A DNA stretch of 64,000 nucleotides from Candidatus Woesearchaeota archaeon (GTDB lineage Archaea; Nanobdellota; Nanobdellia; Woesearchaeales; UBA10216). Position 1 is the first letter of the stretch. Each line of letters opens with the position of its first letter. The position numbers and the translations under genes are program-made. The DNA lies in the NCBI GenBank assembly GCA_016192945.1, contig JACPTE010000024.1, forward strand, positions 16,001-80,000, read 5' to 3'. Positions 38,169-46,768 of the stretch are shown here, piece after piece. Under the pieces are notes generated by a model. It was not told the origin of the DNA and did not search any database. It worked only from the letters and a program-made list of their open reading frames with translations.

Positions 38169-39837
38169 TGTGCCTCAAATACTCGCGGAATACATCAACA
38201 GCAGAGGGAGAAAGCTTTCCTTCAGCAAGAAATTCTCTTACTTCACCGATGCCCATAAACCTTCCCTCAGCGACTTCAGAACTGTCAAGGGTGATTGGGC
38301 CGTTGTAAACGCACTTGAAGACAGACCTGTGTACATTGTTCTCTTTTCTGTTTGACCTCAGCTTGAACATAAGGGAAAGCTTTGCTCCAGTAATTCCCGC
38401 CTCCTCAAAGAGCTCCCTCTTTGCAGCCTCCTCGTAACTCTCGCCAGACCTTACTGAACCGCCGAATTTGACATCCCACAATCCGGGATAAAGCTTTAGG
38501 TGGGTGGCTCTCATGTGGACAAAAAGCTCTGCTTTTGAATTGAACACCATTGTGTTTGAAGTGCGGTGAAGGAGGCTGTTTTCCATTATTTCCTTCCACG
38601 GAACACTTCGTATCACTGCATCTGACTCGTCAACAATGTCAATAAATTCCTCATGCGAATCCCTGAATTTAAGGAGATTGGTAAGCAAGTCAGGGCGATT
38701 GCTGGATATGATGTCTGGCCCAAGCCCGATCATTGAATTGATATCCTCCTCTGTATCAGGATTCCAGACTCCAACTTTAAGCCCGTTTTTCCTGCAGTCG
38801 CTCATTATCTTCCTGTTTATGAATTTAAAATTGTGAAGAAGGATGCTTGCCCCGGCATCCTTTGCCAGCTCAATATTATTCTCTGTTTTAACGCATATGA
38901 GGCCTGTTTCAAGATTGCTTATGCTCCTGGCCTTTCTTAGCCTTTCATGGTTAAACGAAATTACGACAACAGTTTTCTCTGCCTTTCCTCGTTTCACAGC
39001 ATCAACAACCTGCTCCTCAAGAGAATCATCCTTCAGCTCAACATGAAGGATAACTTTGCCTTTTATCACAGATATCACTTCATCAAGAGTGGGTATCTTT
39101 TCGCCTTTTCCTGCATCCAGCTTCCTAAGCTCAGCCAACGTAAAGTCTGACACCTTTCCCCTGCCGTTGGTAGTTCTGTCCAGTGTAACGTCATGAATGA
39201 CCGCAGCCTTGCCATCCTTTGTAATCCTCACGTCTATCTCCACCATATCTACGCCAAGCTCAATGCCCTTCCTGATTGCCCTAATTGTGTTCTCAGGCTC
39301 CAAGATTCCGGCTCCCCTGTGGCCTGTCACTTTTATCTTCTTAAGTTCAAGATATCCTTTGAATGTGACTTCTGCCCCGGGACTTAATTTCCCCCTGTCA
39401 AGATATTCTTTCATCTCTCCTTCAGCCAAAAACCTGATTTCGTCTATTTCTTCATCCTGCTTTCTTATATGGCCATCGTAAACTATCCTGTAAACCTGAT
39501 AGTTGGCATTGGCTTTTTGTGAACGGAGCTTTGCATTGAAAATGCATTCAAGCTCTTTTGCTTCAATCCCCAGCTCTTCCTTTAGCTCCCTGATTGCTGT
39601 CTCTTCGTAAGACTCCCCTGTTTCCAGAGTGCCCGCTATTCCGATATCCCACATTCCAGGGTAAACATCCTTCTTCATTGACCTTTTCTGGGCAAGGAGC
39701 TTTCCTTCAGAATTGAGAACAATAACCCTTGCAACCCTGTTAAGAAGCGCTCCTTTCCTTACCTCTGCTCTTGTAGCCTGCCCGATGACCTCACCAGCTT
39801 CATTTATCAAATCGATAATTTCTCCCATTTTATTCAC
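38155..39837 (-). CDS. Tri-domain fusion: Nudix hydrolase - glycerophosphodiester phosphodiesterase (GDPD) - Nudix hydrolase
   Basis: Nudix boxes GESYEETAIRELKEELGI and GESYEEAAKRELFEEAGI. Central HRGAG...ENT...EIDVRITKDG...HD..LDRTTNG GDPD motifs. Confidence 0.8.
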   Translation of the reverse strand: MNKMGEIIDLINEAGEVIGQATRAEVRKGALLNRVARVIVLNSEGKLLAQKRSMKKDVYPGMWDIGIAGTLETGESYEETAIRELKEELGIEAKELECIFNAKLRSQKANANYQVYRIVYDGHIRKQDEEIDEIRFLAEGEMKEYLDRGKLSPGAEVTFKGYLELKKIKVTGHRGAGILEPENTIRAIRKGIELGVDMVEIDVRITKDGKAAVIHDVTLDRTTNGRGKVSDFTLAELRKLDAGKGEKIPTLDEVISVIKGKVILHVELKDDSLEEQVVDAVKRGKAEKTVVVISFNHERLRKARSISNLETGLICVKTENNIELAKDAGASILLHNFKFINRKIMSDCRKNGLKVGVWNPDTEEDINSMIGLGPDIISSNRPDLLTNLLKFRDSHEEFIDIVDESDAVIRSVPWKEIMENSLLHRTSNTMVFNSKAELFVHMRATHLKLYPGLWDVKFGGSVRSGESYEEAAKRELFEEAGITGAKLSLMFKLRSNRKENNVHRSVFKCVYNGPITLDSSEVAEGRFMGIGEVREFLAEGKLSPSAVDVFREYLRHNGKN

Positions 39838-40339
39838 TCTTCTCAGTATATTTGTTGAATATCATGGCTCCGTCCAAGGCAAAAACGCCATTTGAAATAA
39901 GTTCTGTTACTTCAGAAGTGCTTGCGTGCCTTACTTCATCCACTTCACCCGTATGTAGCTCTATTTTTCCATTATAGACCAGCTTGAATACCCTTGTGTT
40001 CGTATTGTATGAATCAGACCTGTATTTGACATCAAACAGGTGTCTCAGCTCATTTACTGTATAACCATCTATGCCAAGCTCCTCTTTCAAGCCCCGTAAC
40101 GCAGCAGCTTCATAAGGCTCACTTCTCAATACAGTTTCAGACATGCCCAAATCCCAGCAGCCAGGGAATATATCCTTTGAGTCAGGTCTTTTCTGGACAA
40201 TGAACCTGCCAAAATAATCCACAATTATCACATATACTGTCCTGTGTATCAATGCTTTTTCATCAACATCTTTTCTTGTTGCCTTGCCAACTATTGCGTC
40301 TTCATCATTCACTATATCAATCATTTCTTCAGGAGTCAT
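39830..40339 (-). CDS. Nudix hydrolase (stand-alone, paralogous to the fused Nudix domains)
   Basis: Nudix box SEPYEAAALRGLKEELGI. 169 aa. Confidence 0.8.
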   Translation of the reverse strand: MTPEEMIDIVNDEDAIVGKATRKDVDEKALIHRTVYVIIVDYFGRFIVQKRPDSKDIFPGCWDLGMSETVLRSEPYEAAALRGLKEELGIDGYTVNELRHLFDVKYRSDSYNTNTRVFKLVYNGKIELHTGEVDEVRHASTSEVTELISNGVFALDGAMIFNKYTEKSE

Positions 40340-41118
40340 TTTTTTCTAACTGCTGCTATCAGGTAGTGTCTTTTAACAATGAATTTAGGATGCATTTCAA
40401 AAGTCCTTTTCAGAGCAGCAGCCAATATGCTGTATCTTTTTTTGAATGGGATTTCCAATATCTTTTCACTTCTCCAGGGTATTTTATAATAGTCCATGAG
40501 GAATTTCAGATTATTTTTTCCCAGGGGAAGAATGCTCCAGCGCAAAACCCTGAATTTGCCCTTTCGCAGGGCTTCCTTAAATGCCTTATTCCTGGAATTA
40601 GGGTAATCCAGATAAGCCTTCTTACCAATATCCCTTTTTTCCAACTCAACCTTAATATTTCTTTCAAGTTCCTTTTTGAACTCATTGCTTGCCTTGTCTA
40701 TGCCAATTGTTATTCCAGTCCTGTACAAAGGTACGGCAAAAATCAAAAGGCCTTTTGGCTTCAGAATCTTGCTAATTGATGAGATGGCCTTATTTATTCT
40801 TGTAAACTGCAGCACAAGGCTTGCAAATACAACATCAACAGGCTCTTTTATCATAGAAATCTTCTCAGCAGGCAGCTTTCGGATAGTGATGTTTTGCTTG
40901 CGGAATTTCATTCTGCAATATGCAACCATATCGGTGCTTTTGTCAATAGCTATTATTTTTCCTTTCTTTCCAACCTGCTTGTGCAGCAGGTTCAGGTAAA
41001 TTCCGGTCCCGCAACCCATGTCAACTACTGTATCGCCTTTTTTTATGCGATTTTTTATTTCTGATACCATGGGCTTTAGCATGAAAGCATGCTTTTTGTA
41101 CAGCTGCGATATTCTCAT
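40336..41118 (-). CDS. Class I SAM-dependent methyltransferase
   Basis: Motif I VVDMGCGTG. Rossmann-like order of motifs. Confidence 0.8.
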   Translation of the reverse strand: MRISQLYKKHAFMLKPMVSEIKNRIKKGDTVVDMGCGTGIYLNLLHKQVGKKGKIIAIDKSTDMVAYCRMKFRKQNITIRKLPAEKISMIKEPVDVVFASLVLQFTRINKAISSISKILKPKGLLIFAVPLYRTGITIGIDKASNEFKKELERNIKVELEKRDIGKKAYLDYPNSRNKAFKEALRKGKFRVLRWSILPLGKNNLKFLMDYYKIPWRSEKILEIPFKKRYSILAAALKRTFEMHPKFIVKRHYLIAAVRKK

Positions 41119-42182
41119 TTCATCATCCCCAAAAACTCATCAAACAAAAATCCAGCGTCAACAGGGCCTGGAGTTGCCTCCGGGTGAAATTGGACGCTGA
41201 AGAAAGGCTTGTTCCTGTGCCTTAGCCCCTCGTTAGTGCCGTCATTGGCATTAATGAATGATTCCTCCCATCCTGATGGCATTTTCTTCATGTTGACTGC
41301 AAACCCGTGATTCTGGGAAGTTATATAGCATCTTTTTGTCTGGATATTGCTGCATGGCTGGTTCTGGCCCCTGTGGCCATATTTCAGCTTGTACGTATCT
41401 CCGCCTGCTGCCAAGGCCAGAATCTGGTTGCCCAGGCATATCCCGAATATTGGCATTTCCAGCTTCATCGCTGAGGCAACATTCCTTATCGTTTCCCTGC
41501 ACATCTTCGGGTCCCCAGGGCCGTTGCTTATTACCATGCCATCAAAAGTTTCCCTCGTGAAGTCATAATCCCATGGAACCCTTATTACTGTGCAGTTTCT
41601 TTCAGCGAGGTTCCTGATTATGCTGTTTTTCACTCCGCAATCAACCAGCAGTATCTTCCTGCTGCCTTTTTCGTTGTAGACAATTTTCTTTTTGACAGAA
41701 ACTTCAGCAACAAGATTGCGCTTGTTTGGGTCGTCAATAGGAGCGTCTTTGTTGCTTACGGTTAATTTTCCGAGCATTACCCCCTTTTCCCTTAGCTTCT
41801 TTGTCAAGGCTCTGGTGTCAACGCCATGAATGGCAGGTATATTGTGCTCCTTCAGCCACTCTGAAAGGCTTTTGGCAGCTTTCCAGTGGCTGTAATCAGG
41901 GGAGTAATCAGCAATTATAAGGCCGCTTGCCTGGATTTTATCTGACTCAAAATGCCTTGATAGCCCAAAAGAATCCCTCTCGTCAGCAGGAACCCCGTAA
42001 TTCCCAATAAGCGGGTAAGTTAGAACAAGAATCTGCCCCTTATAGCTGGGGTCGGTCAGGCTTTCAGGATAGCCAACCATTCCTGTGTTGAACACGACCT
42101 CGCCAGAAACAGATGTGCCTGCACCGAAAGAAACGCCATTAAAACGAGTTTTGTCTTCAAGCTCAATATAGCCAGTCATCAA
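41115..42182 (-). CDS. carA: Carbamoyl-phosphate synthase small (glutaminase) subunit
   Basis: Class I GATase with GICLGNQ. CarA N-terminal domain. Confidence 0.93.
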   Translation of the reverse strand: MMTGYIELEDKTRFNGVSFGAGTSVSGEVVFNTGMVGYPESLTDPSYKGQILVLTYPLIGNYGVPADERDSFGLSRHFESDKIQASGLIIADYSPDYSHWKAAKSLSEWLKEHNIPAIHGVDTRALTKKLREKGVMLGKLTVSNKDAPIDDPNKRNLVAEVSVKKKIVYNEKGSRKILLVDCGVKNSIIRNLAERNCTVIRVPWDYDFTRETFDGMVISNGPGDPKMCRETIRNVASAMKLEMPIFGICLGNQILALAAGGDTYKLKYGHRGQNQPCSNIQTKRCYITSQNHGFAVNMKKMPSGWEESFINANDGTNEGLRHRNKPFFSVQFHPEATPGPVDAGFLFDEFLGMMK

Positions 42183-42267
42183 AAAAAAGAGAAAATAAGT
42201 CCATGTTTATAAATTTATAGGTGAGTATGTTAATTTTTATAAATCAGTGCTCATTATCCTGCCTAAA

Positions 42268-42789
42268 ATGGGGATTGACCTGGAAGCAATAGCGAGTATG
42301 GGGTATGATGCTGAATCTCCATTAGAGCTTGATATGTCTCCTGGGGGAATCAGGGGAATAAGCCGCATTGCCTGGGGGTTATATAGTGGCAGCCGCATGA
42401 ACGACGGCTTGCTGGTCTTACACGGGCCATCAGTCCTTGAAAGAAGAAGCGAGTTTGGGATAGCAAAGCTATTATGGGCAGGCAATGGCCTCAATGAGAA
42501 TTATTTTGCAATATCAGGCTTGGGGCATGGAAGGATGGGAGTTGCTATCCTCCAGATAGGCAATCCCGAGTTTATTAATGGAAGGAGGATAATAGGGATA
42601 GGCGAGAATTACACCTTCAGGCTATTTCCTGATCGTGGTGTCTTTCTTGAGGCAGCTACCCTAAAACCCCTTGCAGCAAGCAGCACCAACCTTTTTTATT
42701 ATGCTGGCGCAAGCGTCCTTTTTTATCCATTGGAAAGTATGGAAGGCATTCCCCAGCAGCAGCTACAGCCCGCCGATAATCAGCCCTAG
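42268..42789 (+). CDS. Hypothetical Gly-rich protein divergent from carA, convergent with pyrB
   Basis: TATA atttttataaatc about 30 nt upstream of the ATG. No family recognised. Overlaps the pyrB 3' end by 27 nt. Could be non-coding. Confidence 0.3.
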   Translation: MGIDLEAIASMGYDAESPLELDMSPGGIRGISRIAWGLYSGSRMNDGLLVLHGPSVLERRSEFGIAKLLWAGNGLNENYFAISGLGHGRMGVAILQIGNPEFINGRRIIGIGENYTFRLFPDRGVFLEAATLKPLAASSTNLFYYAGASVLFYPLESMEGIPQQQLQPADNQP

Positions 42790-43683
42790 AAGCGCCATTC
42801 TTACTGGTATGCCGTTGTGAGCCTGCTGGAAGTATATGCTTTGCCTTGCCTCGTCCAGCCCGGGGTTTATCTCATCCACTCTTGGAAGCGGGTGTAGTAT
42901 TTTCATTTCAGGCTTTGCATGCCTCAGGAATGATGTATCAAGCTTGTAGAATCCCTTTACCTTTGCATAGTCCTCTGAGTTGAGGAATCTTTCCTTTTGG
43001 ATTCTGGTTACATAAAGTATGTCCAGTTCCCTGCTTACCTTCGTCAGCTCTTCCTCCTCAACATAGCTTATTCCAGAGGATTCCATCTCCTTGATGTATT
43101 TCTCAGGCAATTTGAGGGATGGGGGTGATATGAAGTAGAACTTCGGGCTGAAATGGGAGAGTGCGTGCGTGAGGCTGTGGACTGTTCTTCCGAATTTCAG
43201 GTCTCCCAGGAATCCTATGTTGAGCCCCTGCAGGGTGCCTTTTGTCTGCATTATCGTGAACAGGTCAACAAATGTCTGGGTAGGGTGCTCGTTTGTGCCG
43301 TCACCTGCGTTTATTATGGGGTTTGATGCTGCTTCGGCAGCTTTACTGACAGAGCCTGCTTCAGGATGCCTCATCACAATAACATCACAGTATCCATCAA
43401 CAATCCTTATTGTGTCGTGTGTTGTCTCCCCCTTTGAAATGGATGTATTGTCAGGCTCTGAAAATCCTATCACAGAGCCTCCAAGCCTGTGCATTGCAGC
43501 CTCAAAGCTCAGTCTTGTCCTGGTTGATGGCTCAAAGAATAGTGATGCCATTATCCTGCCTTTCAGAAGCCCTGAGTATTTGCTTCTGTCAGCCTGTATT
43601 TTGGCTGCAACATCAATTATGTGCAATAGTTCCTGCTTGGAGAAGTCCCTTATTGATATTATATCCCTGTTTTGGAAGCCCAT
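42763..43683 (-). CDS. pyrB: Aspartate carbamoyltransferase catalytic subunit
   Basis: STRTR and HPLP motifs. No pyrI follows. Confidence 0.93.
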   Translation of the reverse strand: MGFQNRDIISIRDFSKQELLHIIDVAAKIQADRSKYSGLLKGRIMASLFFEPSTRTRLSFEAAMHRLGGSVIGFSEPDNTSISKGETTHDTIRIVDGYCDVIVMRHPEAGSVSKAAEAASNPIINAGDGTNEHPTQTFVDLFTIMQTKGTLQGLNIGFLGDLKFGRTVHSLTHALSHFSPKFYFISPPSLKLPEKYIKEMESSGISYVEEEELTKVSRELDILYVTRIQKERFLNSEDYAKVKGFYKLDTSFLRHAKPEMKILHPLPRVDEINPGLDEARQSIYFQQAHNGIPVRMALLGLIIGGL

Positions 43684-43768
43684 TAAAAAAACAAGAGTAT
43701 CAAGCTTAGTTTATAAAGTTTATTTATTTTTTGTGGTGTTTGAAAAATCTGCCTATAATTTTATAAAC

Positions 43769-46768
43769 ATGAGCACCCAGTTAACGCTGATGGTCGGCAG
43801 CAGGCTTCACAATTTGTTTTTCATTGTTTGTGTCTCAATAATTGGCTTTCTGATGTTTTTTTTCATAAAGGTTTCATTCACAGGGTATGGTGTCTATGAG
43901 GAAAACCTGAAGACGTGGGATTTCAGCCAGCCAGCAGATTACTCATTTGATGCCTTATTGATAAATTTCAGCAGCGGGGTGAGGCTGCAGTCTGTCACGA
44001 TTATGACCCCTGCAACAGGCGTAACTACAAACAGGACTTCAGTCACAGCTGCCTACAAGATTGATGATGACAATGAAAGCGAGCTGGTAACTGGCAAGGT
44101 AACGGCTCTTGATGATTTATATGTCAACAATGGGAAAGATGACCTGCTTAATGTCTCTTTTGGCAGCCTGCTCAATAATGGAGACAATCTGTCGTTCTAT
44201 ATTGACCCCTCAAAGGCAGGCAAGATTCGGATTTGCCTGTCTGGAAGCTGCGCCTCCCCTGGATACGGCGAGGCCTCATTCAGCAAGTCAACTGGCTGGG
44301 TTTCAATAAGGCTTTCCAGCCTTCCTTCAGGCTCAAGCTCGTTCTTGATTGACACTGATTCAAGTGTCAAGTTTGATTATATCTATTCAAACTACACAGA
44401 CAGCTACAATTATTCTGTTCCAGGCAGTTCGTACACTGGCAGTGGAGAGATTGAGACAGCTGACTTTTCGCCATCAGGGGTTTCAATGTGGAATGTCTTC
44501 AATGCCTATGGAACCATGAACCAGCAAACATTGGCTTACAGCTACTCAACTGACTCAGGCGTGTCCTGGGTTTCAATAAGCAATGGCTCCAACATGTCAC
44601 TGCCTGCTTCGTCAGGGAAAATCAGGCTTAAGGCAGCACTCTCCAGCGATGGGACGTCAACGCCTGTGTTAAGCTCCATGAGCATATCATACTCCAGGCT
44701 GTTGTGCAGCGAGGATTGGAGGGCTGTTTATGGCACCTGCCTTGTGAATGACTCAAGATTGAAGACGTACAGTGATGCTAATAATTGCAGGACTTCCGAT
44801 GGCCTGCCTTCTGACAACAGTACTTATGTGCAGTGCGACTACTGCACGCCATCATGGGCTGAGCTGAACAGGAGCTGCCTTGTCAATGATACGCTTTTTT
44901 CATATTTCAGCGACACAAACAGCTGCTTTCCATTTACAGGGCTGGCTTCAGACAATAACCCCCCGGCAAACAAGAGTTATGCCTGCGATTATTGCACCCC
45001 GCATATAGCTTTCTTCAACACATCATGCCGGGCTGACGATACTCTGGTCATGTATGCGAACGACAGCAATGGATGTTATTCATTTACAGGGATTGCATCT
45101 GATAATGTGCCTGGCAATGTGACTTTAGGATGCGACTACTGCACGCCATCATGGGCATGCAGCAGCTATTCTTCATGCAGCATTGCTGGAAGGAGGGCAT
45201 GCACTGGTGCGGTGGATGTAAAGTCGTGCTATCAGCTTACAGGGCTTTTGGCAGATTCCTATCAGGGTAACTATTCTGAGTTTGACTCGCAGTGCTTTAA
45301 TGAAGCTGCATCTTTCATGGTTGCAGGGTTTGACATCGCCCCAAGAAGCGCTGAATCCGGGAAAAACATAACAGTGGTTGTCAAAATTTCGGACATGCCC
45401 AAGGTTAGCTCTGCATTTTTGGAAGCCTATGGCTCTGGGCGCATGAAAGCCCTTTCTGTCCAGGGAATGGCTGGCAACAGCACATTCAGGTTCATAATCC
45501 CGACCAGTTCCCTCAATAAGGGCATTTACACTATGAGAGTTAATGCATCAGACTATTACAACAACTCTGCATTGTTTGATATTGATGCCTTTGCAGTTTC
45601 AGGCTCATTAAGTTCTCTCATGAAGAGCGCTGTTGAAGGGAAGAATTTAATTTCAAACGACGCTGAAAGAAAGGTGAGCACGTCAATAAATTTCAGCAAA
45701 AGCGTGAATGGCACTGTTTTTGTAGCGACCTATAATGAAAGCACGAAGAACGAAACGCCTGCCTCCAAAAAGCAGCTCCATAAGTATGTTGAGATAATTC
45801 CTGACGAGTCAATAAGGCCCAGCATATTGGCGGTAACAATAAGGATAAACTACTCTGATGATGAGCTGTCTGTCTGGAATATTGATGCCAGCAGCCTGGC
45901 AATATACTATTACAATGAGTCCTCTTCAGTTTGGGAAAGGCAGGAATCATCTGTCAACTTGACAGGCCATTATGTAGAGGCAGTTGTAGCCCACGCAAGC
46001 CTCTTTGGGGTTTTTGGTGACCCTGCAAATGCGCCTATCGCAAGCGCTCCAAATGGTGATGGCAGCAGCGGCTCAGATGGAGGGGGCGCTGATGGATGCC
46101 AATCTATCCAAGAATGCCCTGGCTCTTCAGGTTCAGGGCCTGTGGCTAATGAAACCAACCAAAGCATAGGAAGCAGGAAGGGAGAAACTGAAAAGCTCAT
46201 TCCTGACTCTCAAAGAATCCTGGCCATTTCAGGCAACACCACTGCAAGAGCCAATGCCTCAGGATTGGCTGGAAAGGGAGCTGGCTGCGATTACAGCATG
46301 GTTATTGACCTCCCTTCAAATATTTCAATGGTAAGGGAAAATTACTTTATTGGAAGGTTCTCAAGCTCAGGCCAGTGCAGCATTGATGAGGTTGAGATGG
46401 TGCTCAAGGGGCCTGTAACTGATATTGTGTCAATAAATTACAGTACGGGCTCTTCAGGCTTCTTGAGGCTGAATTCAAAGCAGGCAAACGCCAATGCTCT
46501 CAGGGGGCTGCCTGTTGGCCTGATTGTCAACTCACGGGATATCCCGAAGAGGACTTATACAGGCAGCTTAATAGTCAGGGGAATTGTCAACAGGAGTGTT
46601 GTGTCTGAAGAATCCCTGCCCTTGTCTGTTGAGATCGGCGAATCCAGGGCTGGCAGCTCATTTGAAGTCCCGCCTGCTGCATGGATTGTTGCAGCAGGAT
46701 GCATAGTCAGCATCATAAGCCTGCTGCTCCTTCGGAGAATTGCCAAAAGGAAAAAGAAAGGAAGATAG
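43769..46768 (+). CDS. Large (~1000 aa) cysteine-rich-repeat cell-surface protein with N-terminal signal/anchor and C-terminal TM anchor plus basic tail
   Basis: Upstream part of the 1199 aa ORF overlaps pyrB antisense. Start at MSTQLT after the divergent promoter. Four ~45 aa repeats containing CDYCTP(S/H)WA...SC...DDTL..Y.D.N.C..FTG.ASDN. Many N-x-S/T sequons. C-terminus AAWIVAAGCIVSIISLLLLRRIAKRKKKGR. Confidence 0.8.
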   Translation: MSTQLTLMVGSRLHNLFFIVCVSIIGFLMFFFIKVSFTGYGVYEENLKTWDFSQPADYSFDALLINFSSGVRLQSVTIMTPATGVTTNRTSVTAAYKIDDDNESELVTGKVTALDDLYVNNGKDDLLNVSFGSLLNNGDNLSFYIDPSKAGKIRICLSGSCASPGYGEASFSKSTGWVSIRLSSLPSGSSSFLIDTDSSVKFDYIYSNYTDSYNYSVPGSSYTGSGEIETADFSPSGVSMWNVFNAYGTMNQQTLAYSYSTDSGVSWVSISNGSNMSLPASSGKIRLKAALSSDGTSTPVLSSMSISYSRLLCSEDWRAVYGTCLVNDSRLKTYSDANNCRTSDGLPSDNSTYVQCDYCTPSWAELNRSCLVNDTLFSYFSDTNSCFPFTGLASDNNPPANKSYACDYCTPHIAFFNTSCRADDTLVMYANDSNGCYSFTGIASDNVPGNVTLGCDYCTPSWACSSYSSCSIAGRRACTGAVDVKSCYQLTGLLADSYQGNYSEFDSQCFNEAASFMVAGFDIAPRSAESGKNITVVVKISDMPKVSSAFLEAYGSGRMKALSVQGMAGNSTFRFIIPTSSLNKGIYTMRVNASDYYNNSALFDIDAFAVSGSLSSLMKSAVEGKNLISNDAERKVSTSINFSKSVNGTVFVATYNESTKNETPASKKQLHKYVEIIPDESIRPSILAVTIRINYSDDELSVWNIDASSLAIYYYNESSSVWERQESSVNLTGHYVEAVVAHASLFGVFGDPANAPIASAPNGDGSSGSDGGGADGCQSIQECPGSSGSGPVANETNQSIGSRKGETEKLIPDSQRILAISGNTTARANASGLAGKGAGCDYSMVIDLPSNISMVRENYFIGRFSSSGQCSIDEVEMVLKGPVTDIVSINYSTGSSGFLRLNSKQANANALRGLPVGLIVNSRDIPKRTYTGSLIVRGIVNRSVVSEESLPLSVEIGESRAGSSFEVPPAAWIVAAGCIVSIISLLLLRRIAKRKKKGR

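Noticed and set aside
42237-42494. 85-aa minus-strand ORF in the carA-pyrB spacer, considered as a possible pyrI
   Set aside because: No PyrI features (no C-terminal Zn-binding CxxC pairs, no regulatory-domain motifs). Pro/Ser-rich translation. It overlaps the more plausible plus-strand ORF and promoter elements.
43169-43768. First 200 codons of the 1199-aa plus-strand ORF
   Set aside because: Entirely antisense to pyrB (a strongly supported gene). A divergent promoter and the signal-peptide-like MSTQLT start at 43769 make the shorter product the real one.
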